A stretch of DNA of 19,749 nucleotides from Octopus sinensis (lineage: Eukaryota), in contig NW_021824183.1 in NCBI RefSeq assembly GCF_006345805.1, forward strand, positions 1 to 19,749, in the 5' to 3' direction. Under the pieces are notes generated by a model. It worked only from the letters and a program-made list of their open reading frames with translations. It did not search any database and had not been told where the DNA came from. Both the position numbers and the translations under genes were made by a program. The first letter of the stretch is position 1; every line of letters begins with the position of its first letter. Shown here piece after piece: positions 8,915 through 18,911 of the stretch.

Positions 8915-9140
8915 AATGCATATGGCCCAGTGGTTGCGTTACTGCTCCTTCGATCAAAAGACAATTGTTTCGTATTCCTATACAAATTTGTGCTTACTTT
9001 TTCTTTATGTTTTGAGTATGACAGTTCATTTCACAGTATTCCAATCACAGAACCCTAAAGTGACTGGCGTCCAATCCAGGATAATTAGGGAAATTATTCC
9101 ACTTCAGTCACTTAGACACCTTGGAAATCATCTTTAGCTC
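8915..9140 (+). mobile_element. Old tRNA-derived SINE (C-like head and tail, different middle)
   Basis: A box TGGCCCAGTGG (8923-8933) is identical to that at 9233. A degenerate B box GTTTCGTATTCC lies at 8967-8978. Tail motif 9062-9080 matches 11760-11778 at 15/19 positions. Confidence 0.6.
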
Positions 9141-9220
9141 ATTCGTTCCGTGTCCCTAGCTCTTATGACAGACCTAACTTTAAGTCTATTACGCTTAATT
9201 TCCTGATACAAGCAACGGCA

Positions 9221-9606
9221 GTGGAGGCGCAATGGCCCAGTGGTTAGGGCAGCGGACTCGCGGTCGGACGATCGCCGTTTCGATTCCCAGACCGGGTGTT
9301 GTGTGTGTTTATTGTGAGAAAATACCTAAAGCTCCACGAGGCTCTGGCAGGGGGTGGTAGCGACCCCTGTTGTACTTTTCGCCCCAACTTTCTCTCACTC
9401 CTTCTTCCTGTTCCTTGTCCCCGATTTTCCTACGCAACCGCTGAGCCTGGATGCGCATTCATCCATCCGTTGATGCTCTCGGTGTCGGGGGTTGACCTGC
9501 TTTCTCTTCTGCAGGTCTTACGAATAGCAAAAGGACCACGTTTCGGACTTCTCCCATCCTGTGAGCTCTGGGACGAAGCCGGCTTCGCTCAACAGCAAGC
9601 AACAGC
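9221..9606 (+). mobile_element. tRNA-derived SINE family C, tail variant 1
   Basis: A box TGGCCCAGTGG (9233-9243) and B box GTTTCGATTCCC (9277-9288). 9221-9410 aligns with 11559-11737. CAAGCAAC(G/A)GC lies at both ends (9209-9219, 9596-9606), a possible TSD. Confidence 0.9.
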
Positions 9607-10558
9607 CAGCAATTGCATTCTTTCTTCGAAGATGCTATACACTTTTTACAACAGTGTACTTTTTGAACACAGTAGCAGGAACAGTATGCAGCACATTCTT
9701 CCTGCACATAGGTTAAATATCTATGGTCCAATATATAAAGAAGTTTGCGATTGAATCACGGTCGTCGTAAAACAGCGTTCAATTATTCATATACGCAAAA
9801 CGTATTTCTATAAATAGAACCGATTCAATATCACAATGCAGAAAGCCGCTTAGTATTATGCACTTAGTACTGGTTCTGAATTTTTGCAATTATGCTTAGC
9901 AGACAATTCCCTTTTCATAATCCATTCAGTAATTCCCTGTGTTCTGAAATTGCACTATATGTTTCTGTTTGTTTATGTATTTTTATTTTATTTTCCTGTT
10001 TTAGTTATTTCTGTGGGTTTTTTTTTCTCTCTTTCTGTTATTTCTTTCTTTTATTTCCCCGATATGTTGTTGCACCAGTTTAACTCCCTTCTGTGTATTT
10101 TCTGAAAAATCCTATCACATAAAACATTAAATCCTTTTAGTGCTGACTTGTGTTAAATAATTATTACCAGAATACATAAGTAAAATATAACGACATCACA
10201 TAACCGACAGGATGCGTGACAAATTACATTATGTTGACTGTTTCTTTGTGTGTTTTGTTTTTGTTCGTATTTCTTTTCTTATAATACTTCTTACAATCTA
10301 TTTATTTCTCTGCTTTTTGCCCTCTCCGCGTGTTCATGTGTGCTCGTTGTCTTCAATAACAAAAGCAAGAAGAAAGTTAATTACCCTTTTTATGAAAAGT
10401 GAAGCCATGACAGAGTTGTAGTTGTTTAAAAGATATCAAAACTAATGGATGAAATAGTTAAAACTGCAGTAAGTAAACACCTGCTTTTAACAGATAACAA
10501 TAGACATTCACGTTTGTATACAGTTGATTTGAAGTTATTATAAATAATTTAAACAATG

Positions 10559-10745
10559 ATGGCGGCATGGTAGAAACGTTAGAGCGTAGAGGAATTCTTT
10601 GCCGTTCTATTGCATCGTTTTACGTTCTTCATTTAAAATTCCGCCGAGCTCGGATTAGCCTTCCATTCAATTTGGGGTCGACGAAATAAACGCCAGTCAA
10701 GCAATGGGGTCGATGTCATCTACTAGCCCCCTCCTTGCCGGGCTG
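10559..10745 (+). mobile_element. SINE family A (highly diverged)
   Basis: TGGTAGAAACGTTAGAGCG..TTTACGTTC..AAATTCCGCCGAG..GGGGTCGACGAAATAA..GGGGTCGATGTCATC..CCCCCTCC aligns with 6198-6375. Confidence 0.75.
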
Positions 10746-10812
10746 CACTATCGCTTGAGTGTTGGTAAATATGTGTATGTGGTCGAAATTATATCTATGT
10801 ATCGTTTACCGA

Positions 10813-11068
10813 TTACTTGTTTCAGTCACTAGACTGCAGCCATGCTGGGGTACCGCCTTGAAGTGTTTTATCAAATAAGTATCGATCCCAGTTCTTTATT
10901 GTTAAGCTTGATATTCATTCTAATGGTCAGTTAGAACGAACCACTAATGTTACGAGTAGATAAAGACCATCACCGGTTGTCAAGCGGTTGTGGGGGACAA
11001 ACACAGATCCAAAGAGAGGGAGACATACATGGATATATACACATATATACATATGCGACTGGCTTCAG
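10813..11068 (-). mobile_element. SINE family B, diverged 3' part
   Basis: TTACTTGTTTCAGTCACTAGACTGCAGCCATGCTGGGGTACCGCCTT..CCGGTTGTCAAGCG..GGGGGACAAACACAGA aligns with 16255-16500. Confidence 0.85.
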
Positions 11069-11218
11069 CAGAGAGCAACTTTGCTTTTCATTCTTTTCAG
11101 ATCGATAAAATACAATACAGATCAAAGTACAGACGTAGATATTATAGACTAATTTTCCTTCCTTCAAAATGGCAGACTTCGTGCCGCCATCAGAAATGTA
11201 TATTACTTTAGAGATGGA

Positions 11219-11408
11219 ACCGGCGAGCTGGTAGAATCGTTAGCACGATGGATAAAGAGCTTAGATCATTTGGTCCGTCTTTTGTTCCGAGATCGACTTT
11301 GCCATTCAAATAGTCGAAGTCAATAAAATAAGTTCCATGTGAACAGTAGAGTCGATGCGCTTGACTAACCCTTCCCTCCACTCCAATGTGCCTAAAATAG
11401 AAGATATT
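11219..11408 (+). mobile_element. SINE family A (internally deleted)
   Basis: GGCGAGCTGGTAGAATCGTTAGCACG..GCTTAG..TCCGTCTTT..TCGACTTTGCC..ATAAAATAAGT..GTCGATG..TGTGCCTAAAATAGAA. Confidence 0.8.
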
Positions 11409-11558
11409 TTTACTTTACGTACAGAGAGACAATTCGAGATTTGCTCAATATATAGGATGCGGATGATATTTGAGGTCAGATTTAAGGTTTTTAAAAACGC
11501 TTATATAATAGCAGTAAAACTATTTTAATAAAAATAATATAAACCTAAAACTAAATTA

Positions 11559-11858
11559 GTGGAAGCACATGGCCTAGTGGTTAAAGCAGCGGACTCGGGA
11601 TCGCGGTTTCGAAGCTCAAACCGGGCGGTGTGTCTGTTTATGAGCGAAAACCTTAAGCTCCACGCGGCTCTGGCAGATGGTAATGGCGAACTTCTGCTAA
11701 CTCTTTCGCCGCAACTTTCTCTCACTCTTTCCTCCTGCAATAACAGAGCACCTGTGATGGACCGGTGTCCCGTCCAGGTGGGGAACCTATACGCCAATGA
11801 AACCGAGAAACTGACCCTTATAAGCCAGGCATGGCTCGAGAAGGAACAAACAACGACA
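11559..11858 (+). mobile_element. tRNA-derived SINE family C, tail variant 2
   Basis: A box TGGCCTAGTGG (11570-11580). It shares head and body with 9221-9410, then carries a different tail ending in a CAA-like repeat. Confidence 0.9.
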
Positions 11859-11885
11859 TAAAGCTAAATTATCAATTTGAAAATT

Positions 11886-12147
11886 TTATTCAATAAAACA
11901 ACCATAAGCATCACTAACTGCCTCCACGCGGGATCGAAATCGGATTAAGTGTCCCTTGGTTATATCGGACATGACTCGAACTATGGCCGATTTCAAATAA
12001 CCTTTGGTTCTATAGGGGTCTTCATTGAGATTTTTTCTCAACGATGCTCCATATATAGTAAGTCTAGGGGATTGAGATCTGGACAAGTAGGAGACCAAAT
12101 GTTGGGGGTGATGTGATCATACAAATTGTCGGTCATCCATTCTTGTG
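11886..12147 (-). pseudogene. Tc1/mariner-superfamily transposase C-terminal remnant (maT/DD37D-like)
   Basis: After removing two apparent 1-nt insertions, the minus strand reads TQEWMTDNLYDHITPNIWSPTCPDLNPLD/YYIWSIVEKK/LNEDPYRTKGYLKSAIVRVMSDITKGHLIRFRSRVEAVSDAYGCFIE*. It contains a degenerate WPPxSPDLNPLDY motif with Asp as the third catalytic residue. The stop is at 11886-11888. Confidence 0.9.
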
Positions 12148-13330
12148 TCATACATACATACATACATACATACATACAAACATACACACATACATACATA
12201 CATACATACATACATACATACAAACATACAAACATACATACATACATACATACAAACATACAAACATACATACATACATACATACATACATACAAACATA
12301 CACACATACATACATACATACATACAAACATACATACATACATACATACATACATGCATACATACAAACATACATGCATACATACATACATACATACATG
12401 CATACATACAAACATACAAACATACAAACATACATACATACATACAAACATACAAACATACATACATACATACATACATAAAAACATACATACATACATG
12501 CATACATACATACATGCATACATACAAACATACAAACATACATACATACATACAAACATACATACATACATACATACATACATACAAACATACAAACATA
12601 CAACACATACATACATACATACATACATACATGCATACATACAAACATACAAACATACAAACATACATACATACATACATACAAACATACAAACATACAT
12701 ACATACATACATAAAAACATACATACATACATGCATACATACAAGCATACAAACATACATACATACATAAAAACATACATACATACATACATACATACAT
12801 ACATACATACATACATACATACATACATACATACATGCATACATGCAAACATACATACATATATATACATACATACATATATACATACATACATACATAA
12901 AACATACAGACATACAAACATACATACATACATACATACATACATACATACATACATACATACATACACACATACAAACATACATACATACATACATACA
13001 TACATACAAACATACATACATACATACATAAAAACATACATACATACATACATACATACATACATAAAAACATACATACATACATACATACATACATACA
13101 TGCATACATACAACATACAACATACACCATACACATCATACATACAACATACAACATACATACATACATACATAAAAACATGCATACATACATACATGCA
13201 TACATACATACATGCATACATACAAACATACATATATATACATACATACATATATACATACATACATACATACATAAAACATACAGACATACAAACATAC
13301 AAACATACATACATACATACATATATATAC
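12148..13330. repeat. (CATA)n tetranucleotide array, approx. 1.18 kb, with CAAA/CATG/CACA variants
   Basis: Directly visible. It is the source of the 361-483 aa 'MYVC' and 'HTYI' ORFs. Confidence 0.98.
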
Positions 13331-13673
13331 AAGCGATGGCATTCATGCGCAATAAGAAGTTTGATTCCCAGCCACACGGTTCTGGGTCACGTGCCACAGC
13401 CGGGAACACCTCGGGCAGAAGTCTTCTATTATAGCGTCGGACTAACCACAGTCCTGTGAGTGGACTTCTTAGGCGAAAACTGAAAGAAACCCTACTATAT
13501 GTGTGTGAGCAATTGTTGGTGTATGTATGCATGGTTGTGTGTGCCCCTGTATCTCTCCCCAACACCACTTCGCAACCCGTATCGATGTGTCAATGTTCTT
13601 GTGACTACGTGGTTTTGCAAAAAATCATAGGTGCTCTCAAGTGACTGCAACAAGTAAAAGAAAAAGCTAAAAG
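13331..13673 (+). mobile_element. SINE family B, old and diverged
   Basis: CCACACGGTTCTGGGT..GTCTTCTATTATAGC..TGTGAGTGGA..GAAAACTGAAAGAAACCC..GTGACTGCAACAAGTAAAAG aligns with 7880-8245, with deletions. Confidence 0.75.
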
Positions 13674-13698
13674 ATATATATATATATATACATACATA

Positions 13699-13738
<40 letters not shown>
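13674..13738. repeat. (TA)n/(TG)n microsatellite
   Basis: Directly visible. Confidence 0.95.
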
Positions 13739-13739
<1 letters not shown>

Positions 13740-14317
13740 CTATGTCTTTTGCGGTGAACTTCTATGACAACGAATGATGAAAATGTCGGCTAAAATCCGG
13801 TTTGCTTCGAATGAAATCTTCGTCGTTCATACATGCTTTAAGGTCGTGACCCACGTTGTTATGTTTCACAAATTTTGATATAAAACAGACCAAATAATTA
13901 ACCGATTCCTTTGTCACGAGCTCGCATCAACTGCAATCGCTTTGTTGTGCTTCTTCCGTATTTGGCAATTAAATTTGCATGCTTCACTTCACGAAATCGT
14001 TTTGGAATTTAGAAGGAAATTCGGCTAAAATATCAAATTATTTGATATCTGTCAGGTATACAACTGACAATGGTATGTCATTCACTTGACTCCAGATCGC
14101 AAAGGGTATAAATACTAATTATTTTTTTTCCACGTTTCCTTTTGTCACTTAGATATGGCTGCACAAACCGCTGGTCTGTGTAAGATGATGTTATCAAGAA
14201 CCACACACAGACACACAACACACAGAAAAAAAAGAAACTATATCAACTTTCGTTTGAATATTCTGTTTTAAATTACTTATTTTGGAGGTCATTCCAATAA
14301 AGAAATATCTTTCTGGC

Positions 14318-14356
14318 AGGGAAGAAGAAGAGGGAGGAGGAGGAGGAGGAGGAGAA

Positions 14357-14388
<32 letters not shown>

Positions 14389-14852
14389 AGAAGAAGAAAT
14401 AGATGAAAGAGAAGAAGAAGAAGAAGAAGACGAAGAAGGAGGAGAAGAAGGAGGAGGAAAAGAAGAAGAAGAAGAAGAAGAAGGAGAGGAGAAGAAGAAG
14501 AAGAAGAAGAAGAAGGAGGAGGAGAAGAAGAAGAAGAAGGAGAAGGAGGAGAAGAAGAAGGAGGAGAAGAAGAAGAAGAAGAAGAAAAAAGAGAAGAAGA
14601 GAAGAGAAGAAGAAGAAGAAGAAGAGAAGAGAAGAAGAAGAAAGAGAAGAAGAAGAAAAGTAGAGGAGAAGAAGAAGAAGTAGAAGAAGAAGAAGAAGAA
14701 GAAGAGTAAGAAGAAAAAGAAGAGAAGAAGAGGAGGAGGAGAGTGGCGGAGAGAGAAGAAGGAGGAGGAGGAGGAGGTGGAGGAGGAGAAGAAGAAGAAG
14801 AAGAAGAAGAAAAAGAAGAAGAAGAAGAAGAAGAAGAAAAGAAAAAGAAGAA
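14318..14852. repeat. (GAA/GGA)n polypurine tract, approx. 535 bp
   Basis: Directly visible, with only a handful of pyrimidine interruptions. Confidence 0.98.
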
Positions 14853-15082
14853 CAGGGTGGGGTGTTCTTAACATGTTTGAATGTTCCTTGAAAGTTATAA
14901 GTAAAGTAAACGGTGAATATTCGTTTTCCAGTTACTCGTAACCATATAATAATGACATCGCTTTTAGAAGATTTCAAAATGGCAGCATACTTATGTCGCG
15001 AACATAACCTGTGATTCAGCTGAACGGATTAGTAGATCGCTTTGCTGACATGGAAGATGTGGAGCTCAAAGAAATACAAATT

Positions 15083-15188
15083 TTTCACTGCATACATTAT
15101 TTAATAGAAATCTCTTATTGTATGCTAAGCTGTATTCAGATATATACACAAAAATTAATTAAATCTCCATACTTCTGTGGATAGCTTT
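15083..15188 (-). repeat. Left arm of a long inverted repeat (partner 16118-16208)
   Basis: Its reverse complement aligns to 16118-16208 with 4 mismatches over about 91 nt plus one approx. 15-nt indel. Confidence 0.92.
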
Positions 15189-16117
15189 CTCCCTTCAAGC
15201 TTGATTCTACATTTTGGAGATGTTTCTCATTACATATAAAGACTTCCCCAAATAAAAAGGCGTTTACTTTTGATGCTCCGTCGAGGGTATCAGGTAAAGT
15301 AATGCGCTCAATTATGAGTGCTTTGTATCATACAGCAGAAACAGCTGTCAGCTAATGAAGTCCATTACAAAATTTCTTGTTCCCTAGCCTTTCATATAAT
15401 CTCTTACACAACACACGCGCATATATATATTTGTGTGTGTGTGTGCGTGTGTGTGTATAAAGCAAATAATTAACTAGGATTTCTAATTAGTGCGCTAATA
15501 GCTGGACATACTTGTTACTTATTTGCTTTTTATTCATTTAACTTCGAGCTGTGTGGACAATACCGAATTGGTGCCTCAAATTAAGTACCTAATTCAACGG
15601 AATCTTAATTATCTGTGTGTGTGTATGTATCTGTGTGTGTGTGTGTTTGTGTAATGAGAATAAGCAAATGGATATCAAGTAGTGATGCAGTACGACCGTT
15701 TCAAGCGGTTCCATGTAATTGAACAATGCAATCATTACATCAATTTAAATGCAGGGCTATCTTCAGCTGCACAAACATATAAATAGAATTTTAACCAGTC
15801 GGACACATTATATATAGAGAGCGGTGGAGACAACAAACGGAAAATATGACAAGCCTATATATATAATTCAAAAACAAGTGTAGTAAATAAATAAACGAGC
15901 ATATACTAAATACACAGGCGAACGAAGGACACAGAAGGTCAGCAATTCATCATCAGGTATCGGCTAGATGAGTGAAACACAATTTCAGCCATTATCGATA
16001 ATATTGATTCCATTTGGGAGGCAACGACAAGATACTTGCCGGGAATGGGAACAAAACATAACAAAACGAGAAGGGCTCGAGACGAGACCATTAGCGGACG
16101 GACGAGTGTCAAAATAT

Positions 16118-16208
16118 AAAGCTATCTACAGAAGTATGTAGATTTAATTAATTTGTGTGTATATAGCATACAATAACAGATTTCTATTAAATAATGTATG
16201 CAGTGAAA
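16118..16208 (+). repeat. Right arm of a long inverted repeat (partner 15083-15188)
   Basis: AAAGCTATCTACAGAAGTATGTAGATTTAATTAATTTGTGTGTATATAGCATACAATAACAGATTTCTATTAAATAATGTATGCAGTGAAA. Confidence 0.92.
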
Positions 16209-16234
16209 TAGGGCCATACGAAGGCAACAATAAA

Positions 16235-16654
16235 TTACTCTTTACTCTTTTACTCTTTTACTTGTTTCAGTCATTTGACTGCGGCCATGCTGGAGCACCG
16301 CCTTTAGTCGAGCAAATCGACTCCGGGACTTACTTCTTTGTAAGCCCAGTACTTATTCTATCGGTCTCTTTTTGCCGAACCGCTAAGTGACGGGGACGTA
16401 AACATACCAGCATCGGTTGTCAAGCAATGCTAGGTGAACAAACACAGACACACAAACATATACACACACATACATATATATAGATACATATATACGACAG
16501 GCTTCTTTCAGTTTCCGTCTACCAAATCCACTCAAAAGGCATTAGTCGGCACGAGGCTATAGCAGAAGACACTTGCCCAAGATGCCACGCAGTGGGACTG
16601 AACCCGGAACCATGTGGTTGGTAAGCAAGCTACTTACCAAACAGCCACTCCTGT
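16235..16654 (-). mobile_element. SINE family B, full length
   Basis: It is the reverse complement of 7849-8251 over its whole length, with a (TACTCTTT)-type tail at 16235-16260. Confidence 0.95.
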
Positions 16655-16716
16655 GATAATACATATAAAACAAAAAGCCTTGCGGCTGCAACACAGGACA
16701 ACAGTAGGTAACGTGA

Positions 16717-16727
<11 letters not shown>

Positions 16728-16747
<20 letters not shown>

Positions 16748-16848
16748 ACATACATACATACATACATACAAATATACATACATACATACATACATACATA
16801 CATACATACATACATACATACATACAAATATCTGTCTACAATATATAA

Positions 16849-16896
<48 letters not shown>

Positions 16897-16925
16897 ATGA
16901 ACATACACATATACACATATACGCA
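16728..16925. repeat. Compound (GATA)n/(CATA)n/(TA)n/(TG)n microsatellite
   Basis: Directly visible. Confidence 0.92.
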
Positions 16926-17397
16926 AACACATGCACATATTCATGCAACACACCGGCTTTAACATATTCGAATATTACTATAAAAATCGTCGCGTTCAAC
17001 TTATATCTCAGCCTGATAACTTCAAATATGTCCCATTTATAATTCCTCTCGCACAGCCAATGGGAATCATATCTTTTTTGGCTGAAACTCTGTAGAATAT
17101 CGGTAGGATTAATATTATAATATTCATTGTGCTTAGTATCATATAAATTCACTGCAACTCCAAACCACAATCTGCGTCATTCAATCATTGATAAAACAAA
17201 TAGAAGTTCATATTAACGTCTTGGGACTCACAATTGTCAATTTACTACAAACAACTACACCGGTGGCTATAAAATTCGCGTGTATTTTCTTGTGATATTC
17301 AAAATATTTTTCACTTGCGAAAGTCCGTATATGTGTATTGAAGAGTCAGTTTGGTAAGGTGATGGTATCAGTATATTCATTTTATTAATATTTGTTT

Positions 17398-17516
17398 AAG
17401 GTGGGGGTCGACTTTTCCTTTCATCCTTAAAGAGTCGAAGCAAATAAGTAAAAATTGAACACTGGGGTCCATATAATCGACTTAGTCCCCTCCTTAAAAT
17501 TGGCTCGGCTTGTATC
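17398..17516 (+). mobile_element. SINE family A, 3' half with the head largely deleted
   Basis: GGTCGACTTTTCCTTTCATCCTT..GTCGA..AAATAAGTA..TTGAACACTGGGGTC..TAATCGACTTAGTCCCCTCC. Confidence 0.8.
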
Positions 17517-17698
17517 AGGCGAGCTGGCAGAATCTCTACTTAGCGGCATTTCGTCCACCTTTACGATCTGAGTCGTCGTTGCCTTTGATTTGCCGAAGAT
17601 GATAAAATAAGTACCAAGTGGTCATAGGGTTCGATGTAATAGATTTAGCACCTCCCAAGAAATTGCTGGGCTTGTGTGCTAAAATTTGAAACCAATAT
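17517..17698 (+). mobile_element. SINE family A, in tandem with the previous copy
   Basis: GGCGAGCTGGCAGAATC..CTTAGCGGCATTTCGTCC..GATAAAATAAGTACC..AAATTGCTGGGCTTGTG..AAAATTTGAAACCAATAT. Confidence 0.88.
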
Positions 17699-17699
17699 C

Positions 17700-18060
17700 A
17701 TTGCCCACGCCTTCGTTAAGCCGGAGACATTGTTTCAGTCGCATTTGTTTGTTTGTTTGTTTGTGCGTGGACAATATATCTCAAGGGCCGCTGATTCGGA
17801 TGAAATTTTCAGGGCTGTTTGACCTATTGACAGGTAGGAAAGGATTATATTTGGGGATCAATACGGTACCAGACAAGGATACTGGATAATTTTTTCTGTT
17901 TTTTTCTTAATTTTTAAGAGCGGTCGGCTTCATTTTTAGTATTCTCGTTAGTGAGAGCAGTCGAGTTTATTTCAGTAGAGTTTAAAAATCATCTCTGGCT
18001 AATCGTTGAGAGGCCGTTGTTGTTGCCTTGGCGGAGGCTTGCGCTCTGTGCGTCCTCTTG
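17700..18060 (+). mobile_element. Helentron-associated non-autonomous element (HINE/DINE-1-like)
   Basis: A degenerate 5' hairpin/subTIR (CCCACGCCTTCGTTAAGCCGGAG) is followed by a (GTTT)n microsatellite (about 17744-17764). The 3' subTIR CCTTGGCGGAGG (18026-18037) is followed by a short stem-loop GCGC-TCTGT-GCGT, in a T-rich insertion context. Confidence 0.65.
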
Positions 18061-18082
18061 TTATTATTTGTTGTCGCTTTGA

Positions 18083-18235
18083 TGCTAGAACGCCAGACAA
18101 TATGCCTAGCGACATTTCGTCCGTCTTGGTATAAATTCTACCAAAGTTGACACTATTTTTCATTCTTTGGCGGTGTGATGAAAAACCAGTGGAGGAAAAG
18201 GGTCGGTTTAATCGACTGTCCCCCTCACGCAAAAT
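18083..18235 (+). mobile_element. SINE family A (diverged)
   Basis: TAGAACGCCAGACAATATGCCTAGCGACATTTCGTCCGTCTT..AAATTCTACCAAAGTTGAC..ACCAGT..GGGTCG..TAATCGACTGTCCCCCTC. Confidence 0.75.
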
Positions 18236-18425
18236 GCGTTTATTTCTTGAGAATAGATGCAGATGGAAATTTATACCGAAATGATTGTCCGCTTGTTTAG
18301 TTCGTTTAGAAAAGCGTGGAAGGGGGCGCTTGAGGTGTGAGTGGCAAGGGAAACAACTGGAAAGTTGAGCTGAGGTCTAACCTGGCATATACGCATGTGC
18401 GGAGGAGTGTCTGTCTGTCTGTTTG

Positions 18426-18490
18426 TATCTAAATACACTGTAGAGGAGTGCATGCGTACTTATATCTAAATACACCGCGTGGGAGTGCAT
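18426..18490. repeat. 37-bp-period tandem duplication, with a third unit at about 18913-18935 beyond the SINE
   Basis: TATCTAAATACACTGTAGAGGAGTGCAT (18426-53), TATCTAAATACACCGCGTGGGAGTGCAT (18463-90) and TATTTAAATACACCGTG (18919-35). Confidence 0.8.
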
Positions 18491-18911
18491 TCTCTTTCTC
18501 TTTTCTCTTTTACTTGTTTCAGCCATTTGATTGCGGCCATGCTGGAGCACCGCCTTTAGTCGAGCAAATCGACCCCAGGGACTTATTCTTTGTAAGCCCA
18601 GTACTTATTCTATCGGCCTCTTTTGCCGAACCGCTAAGTGACGCGGACGTAAACACACCAGCATCGGTTGTCGATCAATGCTAGGTGGACAAACACAGAC
18701 ACACACACATACACACACATACATATATATATATATACATATATACGACAAGCTTCTTTCAGTTCCCGTCTACCAAATCCACTCACAAGGCTTTGGTCGG
18801 CCCGAGGCTATAGCAGAAGACACTTGCCCAAGATGCCACGCAGTGGGACTGAACCCGGAACCATGTGGTTGGTAAGCAAGCTACTTACCACACAGCCACT
18901 CCTGCGCCTAT
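18491..18911 (-). mobile_element. SINE family B, full length
   Basis: It is near-identical to 16235-16654 and is the reverse complement of 7849-8251. The head ends ...CCACTCCTGCGCCTAT. Confidence 0.95.

Noticed and set aside
9638-9711. Hairpin - ACAGTA (H box) - hairpin - ACA arrangement resembling an H/ACA snoRNA
   Set aside because: The total length is only about 75 nt and the hairpins (21 and 31 nt) are too small for pseudouridylation pockets.
9296-9754. 152-aa plus-strand ORF
   Set aside because: It mostly overlaps SINE family C and has no recognisable domain.
12038-13568. Long ORFs of 189-483 aa (MYVC/HTYI repeats)
   Set aside because: These are translations of (CATA)n, which lacks stops in several frames. 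Only the last approx. 30 codons of 12038-13123 are meaningful, as part of the mariner remnant.
14056-14072. 17-nt microexon candidate (TCAG|GTATACAACTGACAATG|GTATGT)
   Set aside because: The donor is good but the pyrimidine tract is weak, the length is not a multiple of 3, and there is no other support.
14194-14977. Poly-E/K/R/F/S/L ORFs that look like acidic or basic low-complexity proteins
   Set aside because: They lie in the (GAA/GGA)n microsatellite, are open in multiple frames, and have no domain or splice support.
16634-17170. 178-aa minus-strand ORF whose first approx. 70 aa are non-repetitive
   Set aside because: No recognisable motif, weak splice sites, and the rest is microsatellite. 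Stop-free runs of this length are expected a few times by chance in 20 kb.
18310-18342. Mini-exon candidate encoding AT-hook-like KRGRGRLR before GTGAGT
   Set aside because: The core Pro of the AT-hook is missing, the acceptor is weak, and such a short match is expected by chance.
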